From positions 28 through 64,027 of the forward strand of contig CALOCG010000039.1 of NCBI GenBank assembly GCA_942491805.1: a DNA stretch of 64,000 bases. Direction: 5' to 3'. The DNA is from Nitrospinota bacterium (GTDB lineage Bacteria > Nitrospinota_A > UBA7883 > JADGGD01). Below, one piece after another: positions 17,250-25,254 of the stretch. A program made the position numbers and the translations under genes. Position 1 is the stretch's first letter. Each line of letters opens with the position of its first letter. A model generated the notes under the pieces. The model was not told the DNA's origin, made no database searches, and worked only from the letters and a program-made list of their open reading frames with translations.

Positions 17250-17388
17250 GCATTACTCCCATGGATATAAGCGCCCATTATATCAATTCGCCTCCTCATT
17301 TTTCGCCGACTTGCTCATCTATATAAAAACATGATAGCTTTCAAGAGTTAGTTCATATTTATTATCGATAGAGGATGGATCGTACGAC

Positions 17389-17859
17389 ATGGCTATCATT
17401 AACGTGAAGGAAGTCGAGAAGGAAATCGCTTGGCATGAAGGGCGCATCAAAGCGCTGACCCAACTGCTGGAGTTGGTCCCCCTGCTCGACGAAGACGCCG
17501 CGCCGCGCCGCGGTCGCCCCGCGAAATCGACCGCCAAGCCGGGCCGCAAACCGAAAGCCAAAACACCGGTAAAACGAAAACGGGGCGCCATCACCGAACA
17601 GATCAAAACCCTTCTCGAAAACGCCAACGGCCCCGTCGCCTCGGGCGCCATTCGCTCCGCGCTCGAAAAATCGGGGGTCATCGCCAAGGGATCGGTGACG
17701 ATCTACTCGCAGTTGCAGCAGATGGCCAAACGGGGGGTCATCGGCAAAACCGCCGACGGTTACGTCGCCGCCGGCGATGCGCCGAAATCGAAGAAGAAAA
17801 CCGCCAAAGCGAAAGCGGGACGAAAGAAAAAAGCCCCCTCGGCCCCTACGGCCGAATAA
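17389..17859 (+). CDS. linker-histone-like DNA-binding protein candidate (coiled coil, AT-hook RGRP, winged-helix-like core, Lys-rich tail)
   Basis: 156 aa. 'PRRGRPAKSTAKPGRKPKAKTPVKRKRG' has an AT-hook core and a basic run. A globular segment 'ITEQIKTLLENANGPVASGAIRSALEKSG...LQQMAKRGVIGKTADGYV' follows, then the tail 'KSKKKTAKAKAGRKKKAP'. Confidence 0.6.
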   Translation: MAIINVKEVEKEIAWHEGRIKALTQLLELVPLLDEDAAPRRGRPAKSTAKPGRKPKAKTPVKRKRGAITEQIKTLLENANGPVASGAIRSALEKSGVIAKGSVTIYSQLQQMAKRGVIGKTADGYVAAGDAPKSKKKTAKAKAGRKKKAPSAPTAE

Positions 17860-17870
17860 GCGAAAGACTT

Positions 17871-17903
17871 CGAACGGGCCTCGCTATCGGCGGGGCCCGT
17901 TCG
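17871..17903. terminator. 10-bp-stem hairpin between convergent genes (terminator-like, no T tract)
   Basis: CGAACGGGCC (17871-17880) pairs with GGCCCGTTCG (17894-17903), with a 13-nt loop. Confidence 0.45.
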
Positions 17904-17916
17904 TATGTCCCCCTCC

Positions 17917-18969
17917 CTACCGCGCCGTAGCGATATTGAAGCTGAGCGATTCGGTAACCGTCGCCGCGTCGCCGCTCGAATAGGTGAGCGTACCACTGTA
18001 GCTCCAGCTTCCCTGAATGCCATACGCATTATAGGTTCCGTCCATATAGCTGGGATCGCTATACATCTCCACGCGATACTCGCCGTTGGCGTGGCTCCCA
18101 CGCGTGCGGGTGTTGGTGTAGGGGGAGTCCGTACACTGCATGTTCCCTTTGGTGTCGAACGTCGCCGCCTTGTTGGTGTCAAAGACCATCTTGAGCGATC
18201 CGTCGGCGTAGAGGGTGATGCTGATGTCGCCGAACGACTGGCAATCGATACTTGCGCCGCCGCCGAAAGTGACTGTGGCCGAGCTGGTATAGCTGGCGCT
18301 CCCGCTATAGGTGATCGGATAGCTGATCGATCCGGTGTCGGTACCGCCGCCATCGGTTCCTCCCGACGACCCGCCGGTCTCCGTAAAGACGTCGGTCTGA
18401 ACCGTTCCGTTCGGCGTTTGTCCCGCGATATTGCCCGTGTCGTCGACGTCGTAATTTTCGACGATCGCCTGCACCACCTGATCGGCGAGGAAGCCTTGCC
18501 CCATCGACAACAAGACCGAGGTGAGAATGTCATCGGTCTCCTGTTGCTGAATGAGAATATAGATCTCCACCACCCCCCGGATGATGGCGACCTCCTCGTC
18601 GGTGAAAGCGTTGGCCGGAGACGAACGTCCCCCGAGATTCTGCTGAATGTACGCCGACAAGGTGTTGGGGGGAGTATACGTCGGCGAGACCCCCGAAACG
18701 GAACCGTTCACTCCCAACGATCCGCCGGAAAGAGCGGCGGCGATCTGTCGCACCGAATAGCCGTTGTCGTTGGCGAGGAGAGCGCCGACGATGGCGTCCG
18801 AGCCCATATTCGCGGCGCCCGTGGCCGCGACCGAACTGGCGGTATAGACCGTCGTCCCCCCACCGCCGGAAGATGAATCCCCGCCCGATCCCCCACCGCC
18901 GCCGCATGAGGAAAGAACTATGACGAAACCTAACGCAACGAACGGAACGAACGGAACGTACCTTCTCAT
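17917..18969 (-). CDS. lipoprotein, unknown function (Gly/Ser/Thr-rich linker, beta-rich C-terminal domain)
   Basis: Start trimmed to 'MRRYVPFVPFVALGFVIVLSSCGGGGGSGG': signal peptide plus an LSSC lipobox. No family recognised. Confidence 0.65.
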   Translation of the reverse strand: MRRYVPFVPFVALGFVIVLSSCGGGGGSGGDSSSGGGGTTVYTASSVAATGAANMGSDAIVGALLANDNGYSVRQIAAALSGGSLGVNGSVSGVSPTYTPPNTLSAYIQQNLGGRSSPANAFTDEEVAIIRGVVEIYILIQQQETDDILTSVLLSMGQGFLADQVVQAIVENYDVDDTGNIAGQTPNGTVQTDVFTETGGSSGGTDGGGTDTGSISYPITYSGSASYTSSATVTFGGGASIDCQSFGDISITLYADGSLKMVFDTNKAATFDTKGNMQCTDSPYTNTRTRGSHANGEYRVEMYSDPSYMDGTYNAYGIQGSWSYSGTLTYSSGDAATVTESLSFNIATAR

Positions 18970-19215
18970 CGCAACCCTCTTTTCGCAAGATAACCCCCGT
19001 CCATTATCGTTCCTTAACGGCGCGGCGGCAAATGGTTGCGGTGAATCGCCCATTATTTACCCAGAACCGGGTGACCGGAAAGGGCGTACCGAAGGGCGCC
19101 TGCACGGATGTGTGGCGTCGATTTCAGACAAGCCCCCTAACCGGTCGAGCCCTCGGCGCAGAATGGCGCCGGACAATGAGCGGGCAACCGTAGGGGTGAA
19201 ACCGGTCTTCGGCGA

Positions 19216-19309
19216 TGGCGGAAGAGGGAGGGAGTCGAACCCTCCGGGGGCCTTACGGTCCCCGCACGGATTTGAAGTCCGGCCACGCCACCGGGCGCAA
19301 TCATCTTCC
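19216..19309 (-). tRNA. selC: tRNA-Sec (selenocysteine, anticodon UCA)
   Basis: Reverse complement: GGAAGATGATTGCGCCCGGTGGCGTGGCCGGACTTCAAATCCGTGCGGGGACCGTAAGGCCCCCGGAGGGTTCGACTCCCTCCCTCTTCCGCCA. It has a CTTCAAA anticodon loop, a long extra arm, an 8-bp acceptor stem (one U:C mismatch) and a 5-bp T stem. It shares the GGACTTCAAATCC, GGTTCGACTCC and CTTCCGCCA blocks with E. coli selC as I recall it. Confidence 0.85.
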
Positions 19310-19441
19310 ACGGTGATCTTAGCCGGAATTTACTATAATGTCAGCACCGGCTTCGGAACGATTGACCCGGTAATAACAACTTGTTAGCATTAGGAATTAT
19401 TGACTCGCCCCGTCGGTGAGCCTACAAAAGCAGGCCAAAAG

Positions 19442-20626
19442 ATGAGCCATCCTTCGATTCTGGTTGTCGATGACTCGGTAACCATTCAAAAAGTATTCGA
19501 GCTCGCCTTCGAGAGCGAAGATCTCGACCTTACCGTCGTCGGCGACACCGCCAGCGCGTTGGAAGCGGCCCATGAACGCACCCCTCAGCTCGTCATCACC
19601 GACATCAACATGCCCGACGGCGACGGGTTCACCCTCTGCCGCACCCTCAAAAGCGAACCGGCCTTCGCCGAAACCCCCATTTTCCTCCTCGGCAGCGCCC
19701 TCGACGATTTCGACGAAGAAGCCGCCCGTCGCGCCGGAGCCGACGGCAAGTTCGAAAAACCGTTTCGTTCGGAAGAGATGGTCGCCCGGGTAAAAGAGGT
19801 CATCGCCCGCAAAGGCCCGGTCGCCAAGCCGGTTCCCGAAGAAGAATTCCCCGAGCCGGAAGAAACCTTCACCGATTTCGACGACGACACCTTCGACGAA
19901 ATCGACATTCCCCTCGAAAGCCTGCTCGACTCCATGGGAGGGGGGGAGGTCGAAGACGAACCGGCCCCCCTCGCAGAAGAACCGTTGATCGATGAACCGA
20001 TCGACGAGCTGGCCGACGAACCTGACGACGCCCCTGTGTTGCTCGACCTTAAACCGCAAGCGGTCGCCGACGACGAAGACGAGGAAGACGACCTCTTGGA
20101 AGCGGTGGTAGAAGACGACCTCGTCGAAGACGGTTTCGCCGAAGACGGCCTCGACGACGACGGGGTCGATGACGATCCCCCCGCCGAAGAGCACGACTTT
20201 ACCCCCACCACCCCCATCGACGAACTCGGCGATGACGAGGGGGAACTCTCCGAAGAAGCCATTCGCCTGCTCGACGCCATCGACGAAGCGGCCGGATTAT
20301 CTTCCGAAGAGAGCCACAACGAACGGGTCGGCGAAACCGTGACCGAAGAGATCGCCCCCAACGTCGCCGCCATGAGCCAGGAAGCGTTGTCGGCCGCCGT
20401 CGAGATGGCGGTGAGTCGCGCCGTTGAAGGGATGATCTCCCGCGACGTGGTGGAGAAAGCGGTCGGTCGCGCCGTCAACAGCCTGCTTGCCGACATGCGC
20501 GAAGAGATGCTCGACGTCTTCAAGAAAATCGCCGCCGACGTCACCTTGAACGTCGCCGAAGATCTGGTCCGTCAGACCATCGAACAGATCAAAAGCGACG
20601 CCACCGCCGATCAACCGGGCGAATAG
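19442..20626 (+). CDS. response regulator: REC domain + about 170-aa poly-acidic linker + helical C-terminal domain
   Basis: 'SILVVDDSVTIQKVF...VITDINMPDGDGFTLCRTLK...KFEKPF' REC domain. A D/E-rich stretch follows ('DEDEEDDLLEAVVEDDLVEDGFAEDGLDDDGVDDD'). Start trimmed to the ATG at 19442. Confidence 0.8.
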   Translation: MSHPSILVVDDSVTIQKVFELAFESEDLDLTVVGDTASALEAAHERTPQLVITDINMPDGDGFTLCRTLKSEPAFAETPIFLLGSALDDFDEEAARRAGADGKFEKPFRSEEMVARVKEVIARKGPVAKPVPEEEFPEPEETFTDFDDDTFDEIDIPLESLLDSMGGGEVEDEPAPLAEEPLIDEPIDELADEPDDAPVLLDLKPQAVADDEDEEDDLLEAVVEDDLVEDGFAEDGLDDDGVDDDPPAEEHDFTPTTPIDELGDDEGELSEEAIRLLDAIDEAAGLSSEESHNERVGETVTEEIAPNVAAMSQEALSAAVEMAVSRAVEGMISRDVVEKAVGRAVNSLLADMREEMLDVFKKIAADVTLNVAEDLVRQTIEQIKSDATADQPGE

Positions 20627-20629
20627 AGC

Positions 20630-20725
20630 CTACCCTCTCCGTTTCTTGATTATCACGATCATCGCCGGAACCAGCGAACAGCAGGCGGCGACGATCCCGA
20701 CGATGAGAAGGTCGACGGCGGTCAT
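20630..20725 (-). CDS. candidate 31-aa single-pass membrane peptide downstream of mutS2
   Basis: Not in the track (too short). ATG lies 2 nt after the mutS2 stop. 'MTAVDLLIVGIVAACCSLVPAMIVIIKKRRG': one hydrophobic helix followed by KKRR. Confidence 0.25.
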   Translation of the reverse strand: MTAVDLLIVGIVAACCSLVPAMIVIIKKRRG

Positions 20726-20727
20726 TT

Positions 20728-23088
20728 TCACGCTCCCCGCAGGATAGCCACCGTCGCCCCTTCGCCCCCGTGGGCGTCTTCTTCGCTGAAGAATTCGGCG
20801 ATGTAAGGAGAGTTCGCCAGATATTCCCGCACCCCGCTTCGCAAAGCGCCGGTCCCTTTCCCGTGGATGATCCGCACCCGCTCGGCGCTTCCGACGGCGT
20901 ATTGGTCGAGAAACCGTTCCAGATTCTCGATCCCCTCGTCGACCCGCCGCCCCCGGATATCGATCTCCGCCATGGCGGCGCTCGGCGCCACATCGGGTCG
21001 ACGAGTCGGTTTGCCGGTAACCGTCGGCGCGGGGCCCTCCCCTTTTTTCGCCAGCCCCACGATATCGTCGAGGCTGACCGAAAGACGCAATCCCCCCAGA
21101 TCGACGTCGACCTTCCCCTCCGCCGGGTCGGCCACCAATTCGCCGTTTCGTTGCAATGGGGTCACGTAGACCGTATCCCCTTTACGCAACGAAGCATGGT
21201 CGATTCGGGCGGGGGGGGCGGTGGCGGTCCGGATATCGGCGGCCAAGCTCTCGACTTTCTCTCGGGCTGAGGCGACCGCCCGTTTATCGTTCCCCGACCG
21301 ACGCGCTTCGTCGACCATCGCGGCCAGTTGACGTCGGGCGTCGGCCACGTCTGCCGCCAGTTTTCGTTTCACGGTGCGGGAGAACTCTTCTTTTTGCTCG
21401 GCCACATCCCGGCGCAACTGGGCCGCTTCGTCCCGGAACCGGGCCGCCTCTTTTTTCGCCGCTTCGGCTTCGCGCCGGTTCCGTTCGGCCAGCGTCGTCT
21501 GCTCCCGCAACTTCGCCAACGCCTCTTCGACCCGTTGATCCCCTCCTTCGAGCCGTTGACGGGCGGCGTCGACGATCGCCGGGTCCATGCCGAGCCGTCC
21601 CGCCAGCGACAGGGCCGACGACGAACCGGGGGCTCCGGCCACCACCCGATAGGTGGGGCGTCCTTCGAGATCGTCGAACTCCATGGAGAGGTTGTAGTAT
21701 CCCCCTTCGGCCCCGGCCAAGATTTTCAGATCCTGGAAATGGGTGGTGACGACAACGTCCATTCCGGCGTGCGCCAATCGGTCGAGCACCGCCACCGCAA
21801 GGGCCGCCCCTTCGCGCGGGTCGGTGGAGACCATCAGTTCGTCGAGCAGCGCCAAGCCGCCGTGGCTGGCGTCGGCGACGATCCGGTTGACGGCGGTCAA
21901 GTGCGCGGAGAAGGTCGAAAGGTCGTCGTGAATCGATTGGCTGTCGCCGATGTCGGCGTGAACGGCGCGATAGAAGGGGACGCCGCTCCCTTCGGCAGCC
22001 GGAATGAAGAGCCCCATCCGGGCCATGATCGCCACAAGACCGATCCCCCCCATGGTGACCGTTTTGCCGCCGGCGTTGGGGCCGGAGAGGACCAGGATCG
22101 ACCGCCCCTCGGGCATGATGACGTCGTTGCGGACAACCTCTTTCCCTTCGAGGAGCATCAGCGGGTTGGCCAATCCTTTGAGCTCCACCCGGTCGGTGAA
22201 GCGGGGTCGGACGCCCAACAGGTCGCCGGAGAGACGAGCGCGGGCGTGGATGAGATCGAGTCGGGCGAGCCCGGAGCTGGCCAATTCGATGGCGTCGGCC
22301 TCGTCCCCGATCATGGCCGAGAGCCGCGCCAAGAGTCGATGGATTTCGCTCTCCAGCTCGGCTTCGGCGCTTTTCAGTTTATTGTTCATCTCGACCAACG
22401 CCTTCGGTTCTATGAAGAACGTCTGGCCGGTCTGGGACGCCCCATGAACGATGCCGTCGACATGGTTCTTATGTTCGGCCCGGACCGGGAGGACGAACCG
22501 GTTCTCCCGCAGTGTGACGTATTCCTCTTGCAACATGGCGGCCATGTCGAGATCGCGCAACATCGCTTCGGCCCGTTCCCGTATCTGCCGCTTAAGGGTG
22601 TTCACCTGCCGGTGGAGCCGTTCGATCTCCGGCGTGGCGTCGAGTCGGACGGCGCCCTCTTCGTCGATTGATTCGTCGATAAGCCCGGCCAATCCGACGG
22701 GGGGTTCGAAATCGACGGCCAACGGATGGTCGGAATCGTCGTTGATGCCGACGGCGGTGAAGAGCAACGATATTTTCTCGGCGCTGACCAGCGTCGGATA
22801 GATCGCCCGTAACTTATCGCCCATGAGAGGATGCCCTTTACGGGCCAACACCAGCAACGGGCCGATCTCGCCGGAGGGTTCGATGTCGAAGTCGGGCCGC
22901 TCTTCCATCAGTTCGACCATGGCGGTCGTTTCGGCCAACAACCGTTCGGCCTCGATCATGGTGGCGACGATCGGCGCCCGTTCCGCGCGTTCCCGACCAC
23001 GGGCGGTGACGGTTCGGTCGGTAAGAGCGTCGACGATCTGCCGACCGCCGAAAGCGTACAGGGCGGCTTCAGTCGGGCCGGTCATCAC
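20728..23088 (-). CDS. mutS2: endonuclease MutS2 (MutS domain V ATPase + C-terminal Smr domain)
   Basis: Walker A 'GPNAGGKTV', 'LDELMVSTDPREG', and C-terminal Smr 'IDIRGRRVDEGIENLERFLD...IIHGKGTGALR'. 786 aa. Confidence 0.92.
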   Translation of the reverse strand: MMTGPTEAALYAFGGRQIVDALTDRTVTARGRERAERAPIVATMIEAERLLAETTAMVELMEERPDFDIEPSGEIGPLLVLARKGHPLMGDKLRAIYPTLVSAEKISLLFTAVGINDDSDHPLAVDFEPPVGLAGLIDESIDEEGAVRLDATPEIERLHRQVNTLKRQIRERAEAMLRDLDMAAMLQEEYVTLRENRFVLPVRAEHKNHVDGIVHGASQTGQTFFIEPKALVEMNNKLKSAEAELESEIHRLLARLSAMIGDEADAIELASSGLARLDLIHARARLSGDLLGVRPRFTDRVELKGLANPLMLLEGKEVVRNDVIMPEGRSILVLSGPNAGGKTVTMGGIGLVAIMARMGLFIPAAEGSGVPFYRAVHADIGDSQSIHDDLSTFSAHLTAVNRIVADASHGGLALLDELMVSTDPREGAALAVAVLDRLAHAGMDVVVTTHFQDLKILAGAEGGYYNLSMEFDDLEGRPTYRVVAGAPGSSSALSLAGRLGMDPAIVDAARQRLEGGDQRVEEALAKLREQTTLAERNRREAEAAKKEAARFRDEAAQLRRDVAEQKEEFSRTVKRKLAADVADARRQLAAMVDEARRSGNDKRAVASAREKVESLAADIRTATAPPARIDHASLRKGDTVYVTPLQRNGELVADPAEGKVDVDLGGLRLSVSLDDIVGLAKKGEGPAPTVTGKPTRRPDVAPSAAMAEIDIRGRRVDEGIENLERFLDQYAVGSAERVRIIHGKGTGALRSGVREYLANSPYIAEFFSEEDAHGGEGATVAILRGA

Positions 23089-23251
23089 CCTTCTCCTCTT
23101 CCCGCAGACGGGCGCGGGCCTCTTTTCGTTCGGCCAACATTCGCTCTCGCTCTTGATGCTCGCCGAAGGTGTAGTAGTTGATCTTGAGCATGACTCTCCA
23201 CGCGACCCAAAGGCCCGCCAGCAGAAAACCGGGAATCAATAGCTCTTCCAT
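23069..23251 (-). CDS. candidate 60-aa membrane-anchored protein upstream of mutS2
   Basis: Track ORF. 'LLIPGFLLAGLWVAWRVML' helix followed by a charged coiled tail. Overlaps the mutS2 start by 20 nt. Confidence 0.3.
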   Translation of the reverse strand: MEELLIPGFLLAGLWVAWRVMLKINYYTFGEHQERERMLAERKEARARLREEEKGDDRPD

Positions 23252-23301
23252 GCTTCACTCGCGTATCTATTCCGAAAGGGGAGAGTGTAGCAGGGAATCG
23301 C

Positions 23302-24588
23302 TCAGAGCGGAACGGCGGGGGTATAGGTCGGCGCGGTTTTCGCCCGCAGCAGCCAGCTCCGACCTTTGTCGACCAAGACTTCGGCGGGTGACGGGTGGGA
23401 GAGAAAATAGAGCATCCCGGCGGTGTAGCCGTACGCGCCGGAGTTAAAGACGCCGAGCAGATCGCCGAGTTCCGGTTTCGGCAGGGTCATGGAGCGAGAG
23501 AACTGATCGGCGGAGGAACATAACGGGCCGACCACGGTGCACGCGAAGCGGCGGGGGGAATCCATCTTGTTGACCAACGCCGTCGGATAGTTTTTGTTCA
23601 TAACGATGGGGACCAGCGCGTGGTGGATGCCGCCGTCGGTGACGACGAACCACTGGTCCCGCGATTTCTTAAGGTCGATAATACGCGAAACGTAGACCCC
23701 GGCGGGGCCGACGAGGTAGCGGCCCGGTTCGAGTATCAGCCGGGTGTCGGGGAGCCGTTTCGCGATCCGTTTCAACGCAGCCCCCAACGGGCGAAGGTCG
23801 AGTTCGACTTCGTGGTCGTAGAAGGGGATGCCGAGACCGCCGCCGAAGTTGAGCGTGGCGACGCGCTTTATGCCCGACGCGGGGGCGAACGACACGCACC
23901 AGTCGACGAAAGCTTCGTAGACGGTGACGAGGAGGCGGGTGTCGGTGATCTGGGTTCCGGCGAAGCAGTGGAACCCTTCGACGGTAAGCTTCGGTTCGGC
24001 CAAAGCGCGACGAACCAACGGCAGGAGGAGGTCGTCGTCGACGCCGAACTTTCGTCCCCCCCCGACCATCACTTTTCCCGTGGCGCTTTCGACGAAAAGG
24101 TCGAGGTTGACGCGGAACGCGATGGTGACCGGCGGGCCGGATTCACGCGACCGAGCGAGGCGGACGACCCGGTCGAGTTCGGCGGCCGATTCAACGTTGA
24201 TCGATCCGATGCCGGTTTCGACGGCGAAGGCGAGTTCGTCGTCGCTCTTCCCCGGTCCGGCGAAGAGGATATCTTTTGGGGCGAACCGTGCGGCTAAGGC
24301 GTTTTCCAATTCGGCGCGGCTGGCCACTTCGGCCCCGGCTCCTTCTTCCCGAAAGATGGCGGCCACCGCCGGGTGGGGGTTGGCTTTCAACGAATAGTGT
24401 ATCCGGGCGGCCGCCGGGAGGACGGCGGCGAGCCGTCGGTACTGCTCCCGCATGATGGCGCCGTCATACAGATAGGCGGGGGCTCCGGCTTTCGCCACCA
24501 GCCGCTCGACCGGTTTCCCTTGCAACGTCAGGGAACCGCCGCTTCTTCCAAAACGCCCGAGCACGACCGGGCGCCCGCTTCGGCTCAC
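23302..24588 (-). CDS. PLP-dependent decarboxylase, Orn/DAP/Arg decarboxylase family 2 (diaminopimelate decarboxylase-like)
   Basis: 'IHYSLKANP' PLP-lysine motif, 'NFGGGLGIPF' and 'EPGRYLVGPAG'. 428 aa. Confidence 0.8.
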   Translation of the reverse strand: MSRSGRPVVLGRFGRSGGSLTLQGKPVERLVAKAGAPAYLYDGAIMREQYRRLAAVLPAAARIHYSLKANPHPAVAAIFREEGAGAEVASRAELENALAARFAPKDILFAGPGKSDDELAFAVETGIGSINVESAAELDRVVRLARSRESGPPVTIAFRVNLDLFVESATGKVMVGGGRKFGVDDDLLLPLVRRALAEPKLTVEGFHCFAGTQITDTRLLVTVYEAFVDWCVSFAPASGIKRVATLNFGGGLGIPFYDHEVELDLRPLGAALKRIAKRLPDTRLILEPGRYLVGPAGVYVSRIIDLKKSRDQWFVVTDGGIHHALVPIVMNKNYPTALVNKMDSPRRFACTVVGPLCSSADQFSRSMTLPKPELGDLLGVFNSGAYGYTAGMLYFLSHPSPAEVLVDKGRSWLLRAKTAPTYTPAVPL

Positions 24589-25236
24589 GAGGCGGCTTCT
24601 TTCCGTGGCGGTTCGTCGACCGCTTCGTTCCCTTCGGCCCGGAAATATTCGACCCGCAAAGTCACGGTCCGCCCCAATCGTTTCAGGAATCGGACGCCAT
24701 GCTCTTCCAGAAAGCGGGTCGGCCTGCGGCTCCCGAAAGCGATAACCCCCATGATCTCTCGCCCGTTGCTCAACGGCACCAGCGCTTCCGACCGAACCGA
24801 CCCCGCCGACTTGGGGAAGAAGGCGAGCGACCCGCCGCGCAGGTTCCCCCGCAAGGTCGGATGGTGCGGATCGGCGAAGGCGGCGCTCATCCGGGCCGGG
24901 TCCATGAAGTAGACGCTTTCGCTATGAAGAAAGAAACTCCCTTGGTCCTCTTGATACCCGTCGGGGTAGAGGCTCTTCAAGGTCCGGGTCGAGGGTGACG
25001 GTGATGTAGTCCATGCCGAAGAGCCGCGCTCCGTCGGTGATAAGCGAATCGAACATCGCCCGCATATTCGGCTGGCCGCAGAGGATCTCCTCCATCTCGT
25101 CGATCCGTTCTTGCGCCTTTTCGTTCTCTTCCGAACAGCTGATAACCAGCCGCAGGTTTTTCCGCAAGAGGGTGTTGTATTGGCGCAACTGATTATTGGT
25201 CAGCTTCATCGCCTTTTTCGCCAGTTCGCTTTTCAT
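24585..25236 (-). CDS. DUF484 (YigA-like, GAF-fold) protein, split by a frameshift near 24975-24990
   Basis: Track ORFs 24922..25236 (N-terminal coiled part) and 24585..24980 (GAF-like part 'GREIMGVIAFGSRRPTRF') overlap in different frames. Together they are about 217 aa, the usual DUF484 length. The span is 652 nt (3n+1). Confidence 0.65.
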
Positions 25237-25254
25237 GAGTCCCTTTCCCGTCGC

